Positions 9,773-19,907 are shown, numbered from the stretch's first letter. The stretch: DNA of 64,000 nucleotides from Candidatus Latescibacterota bacterium (GCA_965219995.1 CBDCOX010000002.1:64001-128000); one strand, 5' to 3'. The notes: generated by a model from the letters alone, not told the origin. Program-made: numbers and translations.

Positions 9773-10921
9773 CTAAAGGTAGTTCACACCGTACCACAGC
9801 GCCGGAATCGGGAACACCTCCGCCAGGACCTCGCCGGCGCGCCCTCCTGATTTCAGCAGCGAGTCTTCGGCGCCATCGAGCGTACCGAAGATCAGCTGCA
9901 CCGCGGCGCCCTGGTCCGGGGCCACCACCCGGTCGCCACCATACGAGAAGATCATCTCGTCTCCCTGCTCCCTGAAGACCAGGCTCTGCGCCGCCGACTC
10001 TCCCACCACTTCCGCGAAGTACGGCCGCATCCGCTCCATGAACTGCACGAAATTGATCAGCGTAACCGTCCCCGATGAATTGGCCGGCGCGCCGGTGATC
10101 CCCCTGGCCTGAAGACAGTCCTGGAACCAGCGGTCGCATCCCATGACGTGGAGCCCGATCGACTGGATGTCCAGCGTCCGGACCAGCTTTCCGAGGGCGC
10201 CGGTCAGGCATCGGCGGTCGCCTGCCGCCTCCTGTACCGGTATGCTGCCGTCGCCTTCGCCCGGCTGTTGCACGATCATATATCCGCGCGTCAGCCCTGC
10301 CTCGCACACTTTGAAGACCAGCGCGGGACGGTTCATGACGAACCCGTTGAAGGCGTAGGCGTAGTCGGAGGGGGGGCGCATCCATCGCACGTGCTCCTCC
10401 CGGTAGACCGAAGCCAGTTCGGGTACATCGTCAGGAGAGGCCGCCACCAGTTCCACGCCCGCGTCGTCGAAATCCCCGGCCCGATCCGCCTTGAGCGTGA
10501 AGTTCCAGTCGCGGCCGACGTAGCGGCAACCGTACCGGTGGTACATCTTGCGGTACCCGGAAACCAGCATGAAGTCCACCCCGTCGTCCCGGCAGACACG
10601 CATCGTGTCTTCGAACAGGGCCGTTGCGTACCCGTTGCCGCGGTGTTCTTCGTACGTGGCCACCCCGCCAAGGGACGACGCGCGCACGGTGCATCCGAAT
10701 ATGGACGCGTTCCGCCGCAGCGCGCCGATGTGAGACACGACGCGACCGTCCACCACCACCACCCGCATTTCACCGGCGTGCGCCGGGGTATAGAAGTGGG
10801 GATATTCGTCGACCAGACCCGGCCGGAACACGGTGTGGACCAGTTCGGACAGGCTCTCGAATTCGTCCGGATGCAGGCTGCGCATGCCATCGCGCCATGA
10901 GGGTTCGGTTTCTCTGGGCAT
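9773..10921 (-). CDS. GNAT family N-acetyltransferase (Eis-like, tandem GNAT)
   Basis: LGGVATYEEHRGNGYA acetyl-CoA motif, MYHRYG, Eis-like length. Confidence 0.85.
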   Translation of the reverse strand: MPRETEPSWRDGMRSLHPDEFESLSELVHTVFRPGLVDEYPHFYTPAHAGEMRVVVVDGRVVSHIGALRRNASIFGCTVRASSLGGVATYEEHRGNGYATALFEDTMRVCRDDGVDFMLVSGYRKMYHRYGCRYVGRDWNFTLKADRAGDFDDAGVELVAASPDDVPELASVYREEHVRWMRPPSDYAYAFNGFVMNRPALVFKVCEAGLTRGYMIVQQPGEGDGSIPVQEAAGDRRCLTGALGKLVRTLDIQSIGLHVMGCDRWFQDCLQARGITGAPANSSGTVTLINFVQFMERMRPYFAEVVGESAAQSLVFREQGDEMIFSYGGDRVVAPDQGAAVQLIFGTLDGAEDSLLKSGGRAGEVLAEVFPIPALWYGVNYL

Positions 10922-10968
10922 TCTCGTCTCCCTTCACCGGGGATCTGGGGACCCCAACGAGTCAGATG

Positions 10969-11244
10969 AACCTCAATTCCAAAAAAGAAAACCGTTAAAT
11001 TGGCCACAAAAAGCACAAAAGACACAAAACGTATCGGTGCAAACGGCGTGTGTCGTAACGCGGTGACCCTCAGGTATTTCCTTGTCTTTCGGCCATGCAC
11101 CCTGAAACAGGAAGGCGGTTTTTGTGCCTCTTGTGGCAATCTGCCTTTAATCGAAAAGTCCAGCCAGCCGAAACTGTGGAAAAAACTCCCGAAACGGGCC
11201 GAAAAGGTCGTCTCGCAGGACATTTTTTCCGTTCACGTCCAGTG
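10969..11244. repeat. Intergenic MITE-like element, copy 1 (internal inverted CACAAA arms)
   Basis: Starts AACCTCAATT, ends CATTTTTTCCGTTCACGTCCAGTG; both ends are shared with 34086-34254. Arms at 11003-11029 (+) and 11119-11137 (-). Confidence 0.8.
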
Positions 11245-11247
11245 TCC

Positions 11248-12213
11248 TCAATTATCCAGGCAATCCGACGCCGCTTCTCCCGACATAAAGCCCGGAACGC
11301 TGAAGTACCGTTCCGCCGAATCGCAGATCACCGTGGCCACGCGCTTGCCTTCGCCCATTTCCTCCGCCACCCGGAGCGCTGCCCAGACGTTCGCGCCCGC
11401 CGATATGCCGCTCAGGATACCCTCTTCGGACGCGAGGCGTCTTGCGGTCTCGAACGCGTCGGCCTCGGTCGCGCAGATCACCCGGTGGTAGATCTCCCGG
11501 TTCAGTACCTCGGGTACGAATCCCGCGCCGATGCCCTGGATGTCGTGAAGTCCCGGCGCACCGCCGGAAAGCACATTGGACCGTTGCGGTTCCACCGCCA
11601 CCACCAGGACCCCGGGCAGTTCCGCCTTCAGGACCTCGCCCACGCCCGTGATGGTGCCGCCCGTACCCACGCCGGCCACGAACGCGTCCAGCCGCCCCTC
11701 CACCGCATCCAGAATCTCGCGCGCGGTTGTGCGGCGGTGCACCTCGGGATTCGCCGGATTCGCGAACTGCTGGGGCATGAACGTCTCGGCGGGGGCCTCC
11801 CTCGCGATGCGTACCGCCTCGTCCACGGCGCCCTGCATGTCCTCCGCGCCCGGGGTCAGCACGACGTCGGCCCCGAAACTCTGCAGGAGGTCCCGCCGTT
11901 CCCGGCTCATGGAATCCGGCATGGTCAGCACCAGGCGATATCCCTTCGCCGCGGCAACAAGGGCAAGGCCGATGCCTGTATTCCCGCTGGTGGGCTCCAC
12001 AATGGTCATGCCCGGCTTCAGGCTGCCGTCCCGCTCGGCGGCATCGATCATGGCGAACGCAATCCGGTCCTTCACCGAACAGACCGGGTTGGCGGCCTCG
12101 ATCTTTGCGGCCACTTCGGCCATGCCCGGTTCCACCATCCGGTTCAGCCGCACCATCGGCGTTTCGCCGATCAGTTCCAGGATGTCGTCCACTACCGCGT
12201 TGGCCGCTGGCAT
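11248..12213 (-). CDS. cysK: Cysteine synthase A
   Basis: IGETPMVRL, NPVCSVKDRIA (PLP lysine), EPTSGNTGIGLA, GVGTGGTITG, HDIQGIGAGFVP. Confidence 0.95.
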   Translation of the reverse strand: MPAANAVVDDILELIGETPMVRLNRMVEPGMAEVAAKIEAANPVCSVKDRIAFAMIDAAERDGSLKPGMTIVEPTSGNTGIGLALVAAAKGYRLVLTMPDSMSRERRDLLQSFGADVVLTPGAEDMQGAVDEAVRIAREAPAETFMPQQFANPANPEVHRRTTAREILDAVEGRLDAFVAGVGTGGTITGVGEVLKAELPGVLVVAVEPQRSNVLSGGAPGLHDIQGIGAGFVPEVLNREIYHRVICATEADAFETARRLASEEGILSGISAGANVWAALRVAEEMGEGKRVATVICDSAERYFSVPGFMSGEAASDCLDN

Positions 12214-12223
12214 GTCGCTACCT

Positions 12224-12673
12224 TTAATGTTCTGTCCCGCGGGTCTCCACGGCCTCAATCGCCAGTTTCCCCAGCCGCTGAATGTCCTCCGCGATCGACT
12301 CGTCTTCCAGGTCCGCGGGGCCGCACCACCGGTATCCCTCGGCCTCGGAGGCCGCCACCTTCAGGCTGCCGCCCGTGACCCGTGCGAAATAGATCAGGTC
12401 GATGTGCTGGTGGTCGGCTGAAATCTGTTCCAGGAGGATGCATTCGGGGCGGCTCAGCACGTCCACCGTGCCCATCCGAGAGCGACGTGACAGGAGGGCA
12501 ACCTCCAGGCCGCATTCTTCCCGGACCTCCCGGACGGCCGCGTCGCACGGCAGTTCGTCCTTGTCGATATGCCCGCCGGGCGGAAGCCACAGCCTGAGCC
12601 GCTTGTGAAACAGCAACAACGTCCTGCCGTCCTGAACGACGAACGTGGTCGCGGTGAAATCTCGCGTCGTCAT
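12224..12673 (-). CDS. NUDIX hydrolase
   Basis: Nudix box PGGHIDKDELPCDAAVREVREECGL; HQHIDLIY. Start at MTTRDF. Confidence 0.9.
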   Translation of the reverse strand: MTTRDFTATTFVVQDGRTLLLFHKRLRLWLPPGGHIDKDELPCDAAVREVREECGLEVALLSRRSRMGTVDVLSRPECILLEQISADHQHIDLIYFARVTGGSLKVAASEAEGYRWCGPADLEDESIAEDIQRLGKLAIEAVETRGTEH

Positions 12674-13026
12674 CACCCTGAATATACCTTGCGCGACCGA
12701 GGGGTGAAAGTACAAAAGGACTGTGATTGGAGTGATTAAAACCTGATTAGCGTGATTAAGGCAAAGGCGGGTACAGGTCAAAAGCAACAAACATGGATGG
12801 ACAGGATGGACAGGATAAAACCAAACGAGAAGGTAAACCGGGTGGAAGCTGAGCGGCCAGGCTGCGCGGAACCGGTCATGAACGCCGACCCGGATTTCCG
12901 GACGTCCCAGCTGACCTGGTTTCTCGTACCGCCTTTTCCGGTCTTACGCCTTTATCCTGCCTGTCCTGTGCATCCATGTTAAATCGTGTGTTGCTTCTTG
13001 GGTTGTCGGGTGTCGTCATTTCCGGT

Positions 13027-13410
13027 CTACCAGATGGTCTGTGCGTAATACGCCTGGATGATCGCATCGGAGGTGACGATGGGGCAGGCGTTCAGGCCGG
13101 CGGTGGCGACGATGGTCCGATCGGCGGGGTCCCGATGGTCCCAGTCCAGTTCCAGATTTCTGATCCATGTCCGGGCGCAGACGGGGAGGATTTCGACGCG
13201 GTCGACTTGTTCCAGTCTGTCCGTGAATTCCCGGATGGAAACCGGTATAACCAGTTGTTCTTTCTTGACCTTGATACCGATTTCCCATATCGATATCGCA
13301 CTGAGGGCAATCCTGTCGGCGTCCGCAATCGCCTGTGCGGCAGCATTCGACAGCCGATCTCGATCGAGCGTCCAGAATATGAGGGAGGAGGTGTCCAGGA
13401 GGACCATCAC
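13027..13410 (-). CDS. vapC: VapC-family PIN domain toxin
   Basis: LLDTS, SAISIWEIGIK, HRDPADRTIVATA and IVTSD PIN motifs; GTG start overlaps the antitoxin stop (GTGA). Confidence 0.92.
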   Translation of the reverse strand: MMVLLDTSSLIFWTLDRDRLSNAAAQAIADADRIALSAISIWEIGIKVKKEQLVIPVSIREFTDRLEQVDRVEILPVCARTWIRNLELDWDHRDPADRTIVATAGLNACPIVTSDAIIQAYYAQTIW

Positions 13411-13637
13411 GATTCCGTCCATTCATCTGTGGTCGGAAGATTGATGTCGTCGCGATAGATGACCTGGCCCGAAAGCGCGCCGAACACGTCGTCGACCGTC
13501 TTCTTTCTCGAAATCGGCTGAATGCGCAACACCGGGCGCCTGCGATCCGTGACGATCAACGACTCGCCGGATTCCTCAAGCTCGCGAAAGATGCGCAGCA
13601 TGTGCGCTTTCAGTTTGCTCTTGGAGATGGAATTCAT
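13407..13637 (-). CDS. Phd/YefM-family antitoxin
   Basis: ISKSKLKAHMLRIFRELEESGESLIVTDRRRPVLRIQP Phd fold; directly upstream of vapC; AAGGAG RBS. Confidence 0.9.
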   Translation of the reverse strand: MNSISKSKLKAHMLRIFRELEESGESLIVTDRRRPVLRIQPISRKKTVDDVFGALSGQVIYRDDINLPTTDEWTES

Positions 13638-13659
13638 ACGATCTCCTTACGAAATAAAA

Positions 13660-13713
13660 ATGACTATAGTCATCACTATGGTCATAATATACATAAACAA
13701 GAAATACTGTCAA
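13660..13713 (-). promoter_or_regulatory. TA operon sigma70 promoter with palindromic operator
   Basis: TTGACA at 13713-13708 with an AT-rich -10 region (TATATT/TATTAT). Perfect 14-bp palindrome ATGACTATAGTCAT (13660-13673) plus an imperfect overlapping copy ATCACTATGGTCAT. Confidence 0.7.
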
Positions 13714-14252
13714 ATGAAACGACAGGGTATGACTAACGGGGACAAATCGAGAATTTCACATGGGCGGACAGGATGAACAGGATATAGATCACAAACCTGC
13801 AATATCCAGTCATCCCTGCGTACGATTCATTCCGGTCTTGAAGGATTTTCCTCCTCACCACCTGAGCCCATTACGTCCCACCTGAACCGTGTTCTCGCAC
13901 CGCCTTTTTTAATTATACGCCTTTATCCTGCCTGTCCTGTGCATCCGTGTTCCACTGCATCAATTCTCGATGGTCATTCGCTACCAACCATTACCGACAT
14001 GGATGGACAGGATAAACAGGATAACATCCAAACCGGAAACACCAGGTCAAGCCAGCAAATCAATTAATCCTGCCGTTGCAGATCCTGATTCAGGCTTCAC
14101 GAGATCGATGTCGCACACTGCGTCAACGTGCTTCTAATGTACTACGGAGTCTCGTCATCAGCCGCAGACCGCACCCTGTTGTGTCCCGTCTGTATGTTTG
14201 TGATGTGATCTCCTGTTTTGCCTTTATCCTGTCCATCCTGTGCATCCATGTT

Positions 14253-14864
14253 TCATTCTTCTTTGCCAGGATCTTCGCCGGTTTTTTCCCATGCCTTCGT
14301 GAATGTCTCCGGCTCAACGCCGAGCGCATCGGCCACGCGGTTAATGTAGTTGAAGAAGCCGATGATCTGGATGGCGTCGTGGATGGACCGATCGTCGAAA
14401 CCGTGCTCGCGCAGCCGCTCGATATCCGCGGCGGTAGAGTCTCTCGGATCCAGGCTGAGCTTCTTCGCGAAGGCGCATAGCGCGCGGTCGGCGGGGGAGA
14501 GGGGGGCCCGGCGCCAGTCGGCGGCAACCAGATGCACCAGCCGGTCGGCCTCGCTGTCATCTTCAACGCCGAAATCCGCGGCGACCTCGGCACGGAGGTC
14601 GTGGGCGTGGGCGCGTATTCAGTAGACGCAACGGTTTGCGGCCGAAACGACCACGGCGAGCATCTCTCGCTGCGCACGGCTGAGCGGGGAGGGGCCGTGC
14701 ATCAACGCGCCGTAGAAATCCAGCGACGCCTTCATCGCGCGGGGGTTCTGGCTCATCACGGAAACAATGCCCCAGACGCGCCCCTCCCGCCCCATCGCGG
14801 CGTCATACTGCTGCTTCAACAAACCCGTCGCGGCCTCCGGAGGAATGACGTCGATATAGGGCAT
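14253..14864 (-). CDS. AhpD/CMD-like peroxidase-related selenoprotein (CxxU), 203 aa with in-frame UGA
   Basis: ORFs 14619-14864 and 14253-14537 are in one frame, separated only by TGA at 14621-14619: REMLAVVVSAANRCVY-U-IRAHAHDL. This matches the AhpD CxYC..H motif. The C-terminal half (LREHGFDD, IIGFFNYINRVADALG) completes the fold. Confidence 0.88.
14582..14601 (-). promoter_or_regulatory. Putative bacterial SECIS hairpin
   Basis: Minus strand CGACCTC-CGTGCC-GAGGTCG; 7-bp stem starting 18 nt 3' of the UGA, with G at loop position 2. Confidence 0.7.
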
Positions 14865-15216
14865 CGCGGCCTCCTTCGCAACATGGATCAATGCGGAAAC
14901 GGCAAAACCAAAAAGGCAAGGTAAATTCAACAACACAAACCAACAAACATGGATGGACAGGATGGGCAGGATAAAAACCGTGAGAAACTAAGAAAATCGC
15001 TAAAGACACGAAAACCGCAAAGAACAGGTCAAATCAAAACTGCCAAACATGGATGGACAGGATGAGCAGGATAAAAACCGCGAAAAAAGATAAAATCAGT
15101 CAAACCTGCGGTAAGGCACACTGGCTGTTCAAGTTGCCATCTCAAACTTTATTTGTCTTTGAGTATTCTGAGGATTGTCTTATGGAAAATACGGAAAAAT
15201 AAGGAGTTGGCACGTA

Positions 15217-15246
15217 TAAAAATGGCCCAGGGATTTGCCTGGGCCG
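15217..15246 (-). terminator. Intrinsic terminator downstream of the yjzC-like gene
   Basis: GGCCCAGG/CCTGGGCC stem (15224-15245) followed on the minus strand by ATTTTTAT. Confidence 0.65.
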
Positions 15247-15277
15247 TTTAAGATCGCACATCTAAAGATCAATGCAA

Positions 15278-15478
15278 TCAACGTTTTCCATGCCCACTTT
15301 GATTCTTAGTACGGTCCACAAGTCGAAATTTCCAACCAGGACGTTGTGTTGGTGGCAAAGGTCTATCTATAATAGCAGTTATCTCAATTGCATTAGGGAC
15401 CTTACCACCAAGTGGTCCCACTTCCTGATATTGACCCGAAGCCTGAGCCAGCTCACCCGATCTTTGCAACCTAGGCAT
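15278..15478 (-). CDS. YjzC-like small protein
   Basis: SGELAQASGQYQEVGPLGGKV...RPLPPTQRPGWKF matches the YjzC pattern (SGQY.EVGP.GG...LPPT); GGAGG RBS. Confidence 0.75.
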   Translation of the reverse strand: MPRLQRSGELAQASGQYQEVGPLGGKVPNAIEITAIIDRPLPPTQRPGWKFRLVDRTKNQSGHGKR

Positions 15479-15794
15479 TGGAAAGTCCTCCAAATAAATT
15501 TGTCGTAAACAAAAACGGCATATTTATTAATGAGTTACGGGGGAATGGATATTGGGTTCTACGGGCTCACCTCCTTAACCCTTCCATTTGACCGTATCCT
15601 TGATTAGTGGTTCTTGCGCGGCTGCCGTCAACAGCCGCGCATCTTCTTACTTTAAAATAGCATTGTGTTCGCCAGAAGACAAACATTTAAATGAAAATTT
15701 ATCACAAAAACCCCCTCTTTTCGTACCATGTCAATGGCCTCAGAAGGTAGAGCTTCTGAGGCCATATCGTGAAGAGACTCAAAATTCAAATTCA

Positions 15795-15989
15795 TTATCC
15801 GTATGTTACCGAATCGGAGCCCTTCTCTTTACTAACTTTACCGGATACAAAGGGTACGGGTATCGTTTTGGGTCCCCGACTGCCATCATCACGACCATAG
15901 GGTTGTGTATTTTGTTCTTTGACAGATCGCTCCCAACCCTCATTACCAGGCGCAGGCGCAGGTGTCGGTGCTTCCTTTGGATGATTCAT
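15795..15989 (-). CDS. Small hydrophilic hypothetical peptide (64 aa)
   Basis: Starts 20 nt after the Ntn-hydrolase stop with an AAGGGG RBS; followed by a strong hairpin ATGGCCTCAGAAG/CTTCTGAGGCCAT (15734-15765). Confidence 0.45.
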   Translation of the reverse strand: MNHPKEAPTPAPAPGNEGWERSVKEQNTQPYGRDDGSRGPKTIPVPFVSGKVSKEKGSDSVTYG

Positions 15990-16009
15990 TTTGGCCCCTT
16001 TCTGACTTA

Positions 16010-16822
16010 CTATGGCAGCACACTACTGGTGACTCGTTTTTGTCGAACTATACGTAAGCCCTCCTTTTGAGTAATTACTGCAATATCCACTGGACCCCCG
16101 ACACTTCGAACCCCAGAAGTAAAATGCATTAGCTTAGTAGTAGTTTCAATAAGAAATACTGAAAGATCGATACAATCTTGAAGAGGCAAAAAACCATAAG
16201 GTATAGAGACAGATAACGGATTCAAAATAGTTTGTTGTATATTTTGACATTGTTCATCTGTTAATGATAATAAGTCTCGTAACTGTTGCAATACTTGATC
16301 ACCCACGCCACCTAAAAGGTGAAAAGCATGAGTTGTGACTCCACCCCAACATAAACCAAAATCACCGTCCGCTGCGCGTATTTCTATGGGCTCTATATTT
16401 TCATTTGGAACATGTGTTAAATAGACTCGACCATGTCCTTCATTTTCATTATAACCGCCCACTAAAAAATAAATATGGCCGGGTGGGTTATTAGGTGCCG
16501 CTGAGGCCCAAGCATTATTAAAGAAATCTCGAAGCAATAAGGCAAAATTCAACACTGATAATCGTGGTTGAGTTCTAATATAGTTTTCAAATTCTGGTAA
16601 ATAACTATGTACCGTTCTTGGCGAAAGTGAATTTATGGCTCCCGCTCCATATGTCATGGCCCCAATATGACTTTGCTTCTTAGTGTATAGTAGCTTCATT
16701 GCATTATCATACGTAGAAGCAAATACCAAATCCGTATTAGGTTCTTGTGATGTAAATGTTGTACGACTATCTACCGCTAAGACAACACCTTCTGAAGCCT
16801 TAAAAGCAATTGCAAAGGACAT
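16010..16822 (-). CDS. Proteasome-subunit-like Ntn hydrolase (hypothetical peptidase)
   Basis: N-terminus M-SFAIAFKASEGVVLAVDSRTT, KL at the proteasome Lys33-like position, FLVGGY, C-terminal SVGGPVDIAVIT; AT-rich; GAGG RBS. Confidence 0.7.
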   Translation of the reverse strand: MSFAIAFKASEGVVLAVDSRTTFTSQEPNTDLVFASTYDNAMKLLYTKKQSHIGAMTYGAGAINSLSPRTVHSYLPEFENYIRTQPRLSVLNFALLLRDFFNNAWASAAPNNPPGHIYFLVGGYNENEGHGRVYLTHVPNENIEPIEIRAADGDFGLCWGGVTTHAFHLLGGVGDQVLQQLRDLLSLTDEQCQNIQQTILNPLSVSIPYGFLPLQDCIDLSVFLIETTTKLMHFTSGVRSVGGPVDIAVITQKEGLRIVRQKRVTSSVLP

Positions 16823-16968
16823 CTCAAATACCTCTTAAATTTACCGTATCTTACAAAATAAAGCAAGTTTAAAACCACGCTTGATACGTTTAGTTATTAT
16901 CACTAATAGTTAAGTAGCAACCCTCAAAATATGAACTTCAAGATAAAATGTCAATAATTTAAACGACT

Positions 16969-17426
16969 TTAAACACACCCTCCCAAAACCCCCTCCTTCC
17001 GCCGATTGTACCGATAGCACGCCTCGGCCAGATACAGTTCCATCCACTTTAAGCTGTAGTGATGTTGAGTGCAGTAATACGCCCGTTTCACGGTTTCCCA
17101 GAACAACGCCAGCCGGCGCAACGGAGTCTCGCTGGGCCGATGATCGAAGTACCAATCCAACATCTTGAAGAAATTATGTCGAGTCGTGTGCAATCGCGTC
17201 CCCCGCTTAATCATCTCCTTCAAAGCCCCATAGACTGCTAGACTTACTCGTACCGATTCGGACCGTTACCCTTCCCCCGTGCTCGATCGCACCTACCAGC
17301 ATTGTCTTCTTCGTCCAGTATGCCCGGACTGATTTACTGTATCGCGGCTTTCCGCCCAGGTAAGTTTCACTGGCCTCGACTATACCGGTCAGCAATTCCC
17401 GACCTGCGACCCGTTGCATCTGTTGC
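16969..17426 (-). pseudogene. IS1595-family transposase relic (frameshifted, 5' truncated by IS21)
   Basis: LTGIVEASETYLGGKPR (canonical EADETY, with the catalytic D lost) and KTMLVGAIEHGGRV in one frame; HHYSLKWMELYLAEACYRYNRR in another. Confidence 0.8.
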
Positions 17427-17559
17427 TGTTAATGATCGCCCATATGCGGCCAATGCGGGATCGCCCTAATGGGGCCACCTGGGATGCGATATAGGTTTCG
17501 GACTATCCGGCAACGGTTCTACCTTCTGATTGTCTCCCCGACAGTCAGGAGGGAAGGAC

Positions 17560-19107
17560 ATGGCCAACCGGAGGTTCGAGATGTATCAGATTCGCCAGGT
17601 ATTGACGCGTATGCGGTTGGGCGATTCGGATCGTGCGATCGCCCGTTCAGGGTTGATGGGTCGGCAGAAGGCCGGCGCGCTTCGTGACGTGGCAGGCCGT
17701 GAGGGATGGCTGGACGCTTCCAACGTGTTGCCCGATGATGCCACGCTGGTGCAGGTGGTTCAGGTTCCAACCTCGCGACCTCAGTCGGCCTCGTCGGTTT
17801 TGCCCTACCAGGACAAGGTGACAGCCTGGTGGCGTGAGGGTATCCGGGGTACCGTCATCCACCAGGCGTTGGTGGACACCTACGGCTATGCCGGCTCGTA
17901 TTCTTCCATCCGTCGTTTTCTCCAGCAGCTCAAAGACGCTCATCCCGACGTCACCACCGTGTTGGACTTCGATCCGGGCGACGTGGCGCAGGTGGACTTC
18001 GGGCGGGGTCCCACGATACAGGACGTCTTCACCCACCAGACCATCGCGACGTGGATCTTCGTGATGGTGCTGGCCTGGTCTCGCCACCAGTATGCCGAGA
18101 TCGTGCCGGACCAGAAGGTCGAGACGTGGCTTTCCTGCCACAGAAGCGCCTTCGAGTTCTTCGGCGGAGTCCCGGCACGCGTGGTGATCGACAACCCCAA
18201 AAACGCCATCACCAGGGCCTGCTACCACGATCCGGAGGTGCAGCGCGCCTACGGCGAGTGCGCCGAAGGCTATGGCTTCACCATCTCCCCGTGCCCCGTG
18301 CGAGACCCGAAGAAGAAGGGGCGCGTGGAGGCTGCCGTGAAGTATGTCAAGCGCAGCTTTGTTCCCCTGCGCCAGTTCCGTGACATCAGAGATGCCAACC
18401 GGCAGTTGCAGGACTGGATCCTGGGGGTGGCCGGTAACCGCATTCACGGCACTACCCACGAACGACCCCTGACACGCTTTGCACAGACCGAGCGCGAGTT
18501 CCTCAAGCCGTTACCCGCCATTCCACCTGAGCAGGCGGCCTGGGCCAAGGTGAAGGTTCACGGCGACTGCCACGTCCAGTTCGAGAAGTGTCGATACTCC
18601 GTGCCCTATGCCCTGGTGCGCCAACAGCTCTGGTTGCGGGCCAGCCCAAAAACCGTGAGGATCTACCAGAACCACAACATGGTGGCCGTTCACCTCCGTA
18701 AAAACACACCTGGTGCACGCGCGACCGTTACCGAACATCTGCCGCCAGAGGCGCGCGCTTTCCTGATGCGCGATCCACAATGGTGCCTCAAACAGGCACA
18801 GCGTATCGGTCCTTCCTGCCACCACCTCATCAAGACCCTCTTCTCCGATCGCGTGCTGGACAACCTCCGCGCTGCGCAGGGCATCATCCGACTTTCACAA
18901 CGCTACGGCGCAAGGCGCCTCGAGGCCGCCTGCGACCGCGCCCTGGCCTTTGACAACCCCCGCTACCGGAGTGTCAAAAGCATCCTCGAAAAAGGTCTGG
19001 ACCAATGCAAGCATCCAAATGAGACGTCCACAGCCCCACACACCCTCGCGTCAGCCTATACGGGACAGGGACGTTTTTGTCGCGATGCCACAACCCTCTT
19101 CAGCTAA
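17560..19107 (+). CDS. istA: IS21 transposase IstA
   Basis: PGDVAQVDFG, FFGGVPARVVIDNPK, PKKKGRVEAAVKY, RIHGTT, YSVPY. Confidence 0.95.
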   Translation: MANRRFEMYQIRQVLTRMRLGDSDRAIARSGLMGRQKAGALRDVAGREGWLDASNVLPDDATLVQVVQVPTSRPQSASSVLPYQDKVTAWWREGIRGTVIHQALVDTYGYAGSYSSIRRFLQQLKDAHPDVTTVLDFDPGDVAQVDFGRGPTIQDVFTHQTIATWIFVMVLAWSRHQYAEIVPDQKVETWLSCHRSAFEFFGGVPARVVIDNPKNAITRACYHDPEVQRAYGECAEGYGFTISPCPVRDPKKKGRVEAAVKYVKRSFVPLRQFRDIRDANRQLQDWILGVAGNRIHGTTHERPLTRFAQTEREFLKPLPAIPPEQAAWAKVKVHGDCHVQFEKCRYSVPYALVRQQLWLRASPKTVRIYQNHNMVAVHLRKNTPGARATVTEHLPPEARAFLMRDPQWCLKQAQRIGPSCHHLIKTLFSDRVLDNLRAAQGIIRLSQRYGARRLEAACDRALAFDNPRYRSVKSILEKGLDQCKHPNETSTAPHTLASAYTGQGRFCRDATTLFS

Positions 19108-19127
19108 AAAAACGGGAGAACAACAAC

Positions 19128-19907
19128 ATGAACCCGATGCCCGAACTTGCCCCCATGCTCAAAAGACTGCGCCTGTCCGGCATCCTCGAGACACTGCCTG
19201 CCAGAAATCAGGAAGCCATCGACAACAAACTCGCTTACAGCGAGTTCCTCGCCCTGCTTGTCCAGGACGAGGTCGCACGCAGAGAACACAAAAAGTTCAA
19301 CCTGCGCCTGCGACGCGCGGGCTTCCGCGGCGAGAAAACCCTCGAGGGCTTCGACTTCGCCTTCAACCCCGCCATCAATCAGGCCTTCATCAAGGACCTG
19401 GCCACCTGTGCCTTCATCAAGGAAAAGGTCGCAATACTGATTGCAGGACCCTGCGGCACGGGCAAAAGCCACATCGCACAAGCCCTGGGACACCTCGCCG
19501 TCAGAGCCGGCTACGACACCCTGTTCACCACACAAACCAAGCTGTTGGGACAACTCCACGCCGCACGGGCGACAGGCACCTTCGAGCGGCGCTTCCACAA
19601 TGTTGTCAAAACACCGCTGCTCATCATCGATGACTTCGGCCTCAAACCCATGACGCCGCCACACGACGAGGACTTCCACGACCTCATCTCTGAACGCTAT
19701 GAACGGGCGGCTACCATCGTCACCTCAAACCTCGACTTCTCGGAATGGGTTCACGCCTTCCCGAATCGACTCCTCGGCGCCGCCACCCTCGACCGTCTCA
19801 GGCACGGCGCCTATCGCGTCATCCTCGACGGCGAAAGCTTCCGCGCACCTAAACCCTTACCACAATCACAAAAAAAACACCTTGGAAAGGAGGCCCAAGA
19901 GCACTAA
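19128..19907 (+). CDS. istB: IS21 helper ATPase IstB
   Basis: KTLEGFDF, GPCGTGKSH Walker A, LLIIDDFG, TIVTSN, ATLDRLRH. Confidence 0.95.
   Translation: MNPMPELAPMLKRLRLSGILETLPARNQEAIDNKLAYSEFLALLVQDEVARREHKKFNLRLRRAGFRGEKTLEGFDFAFNPAINQAFIKDLATCAFIKEKVAILIAGPCGTGKSHIAQALGHLAVRAGYDTLFTTQTKLLGQLHAARATGTFERRFHNVVKTPLLIIDDFGLKPMTPPHDEDFHDLISERYERAATIVTSNLDFSEWVHAFPNRLLGAATLDRLRHGAYRVILDGESFRAPKPLPQSQKKHLGKEAQEH

Noticed and set aside
14253-14936. Two small separate genes or a nonsense pseudogene
   Set aside because: The single TGA falls at the catalytic Cys position and is followed by a SECIS-like hairpin, so Sec recoding is the better explanation.
15540-15600. Type I toxin peptide after the strong AAGGAGGTGA motif on the minus strand
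   Set aside because: No properly spaced start codon or hydrophobic ORF follows.
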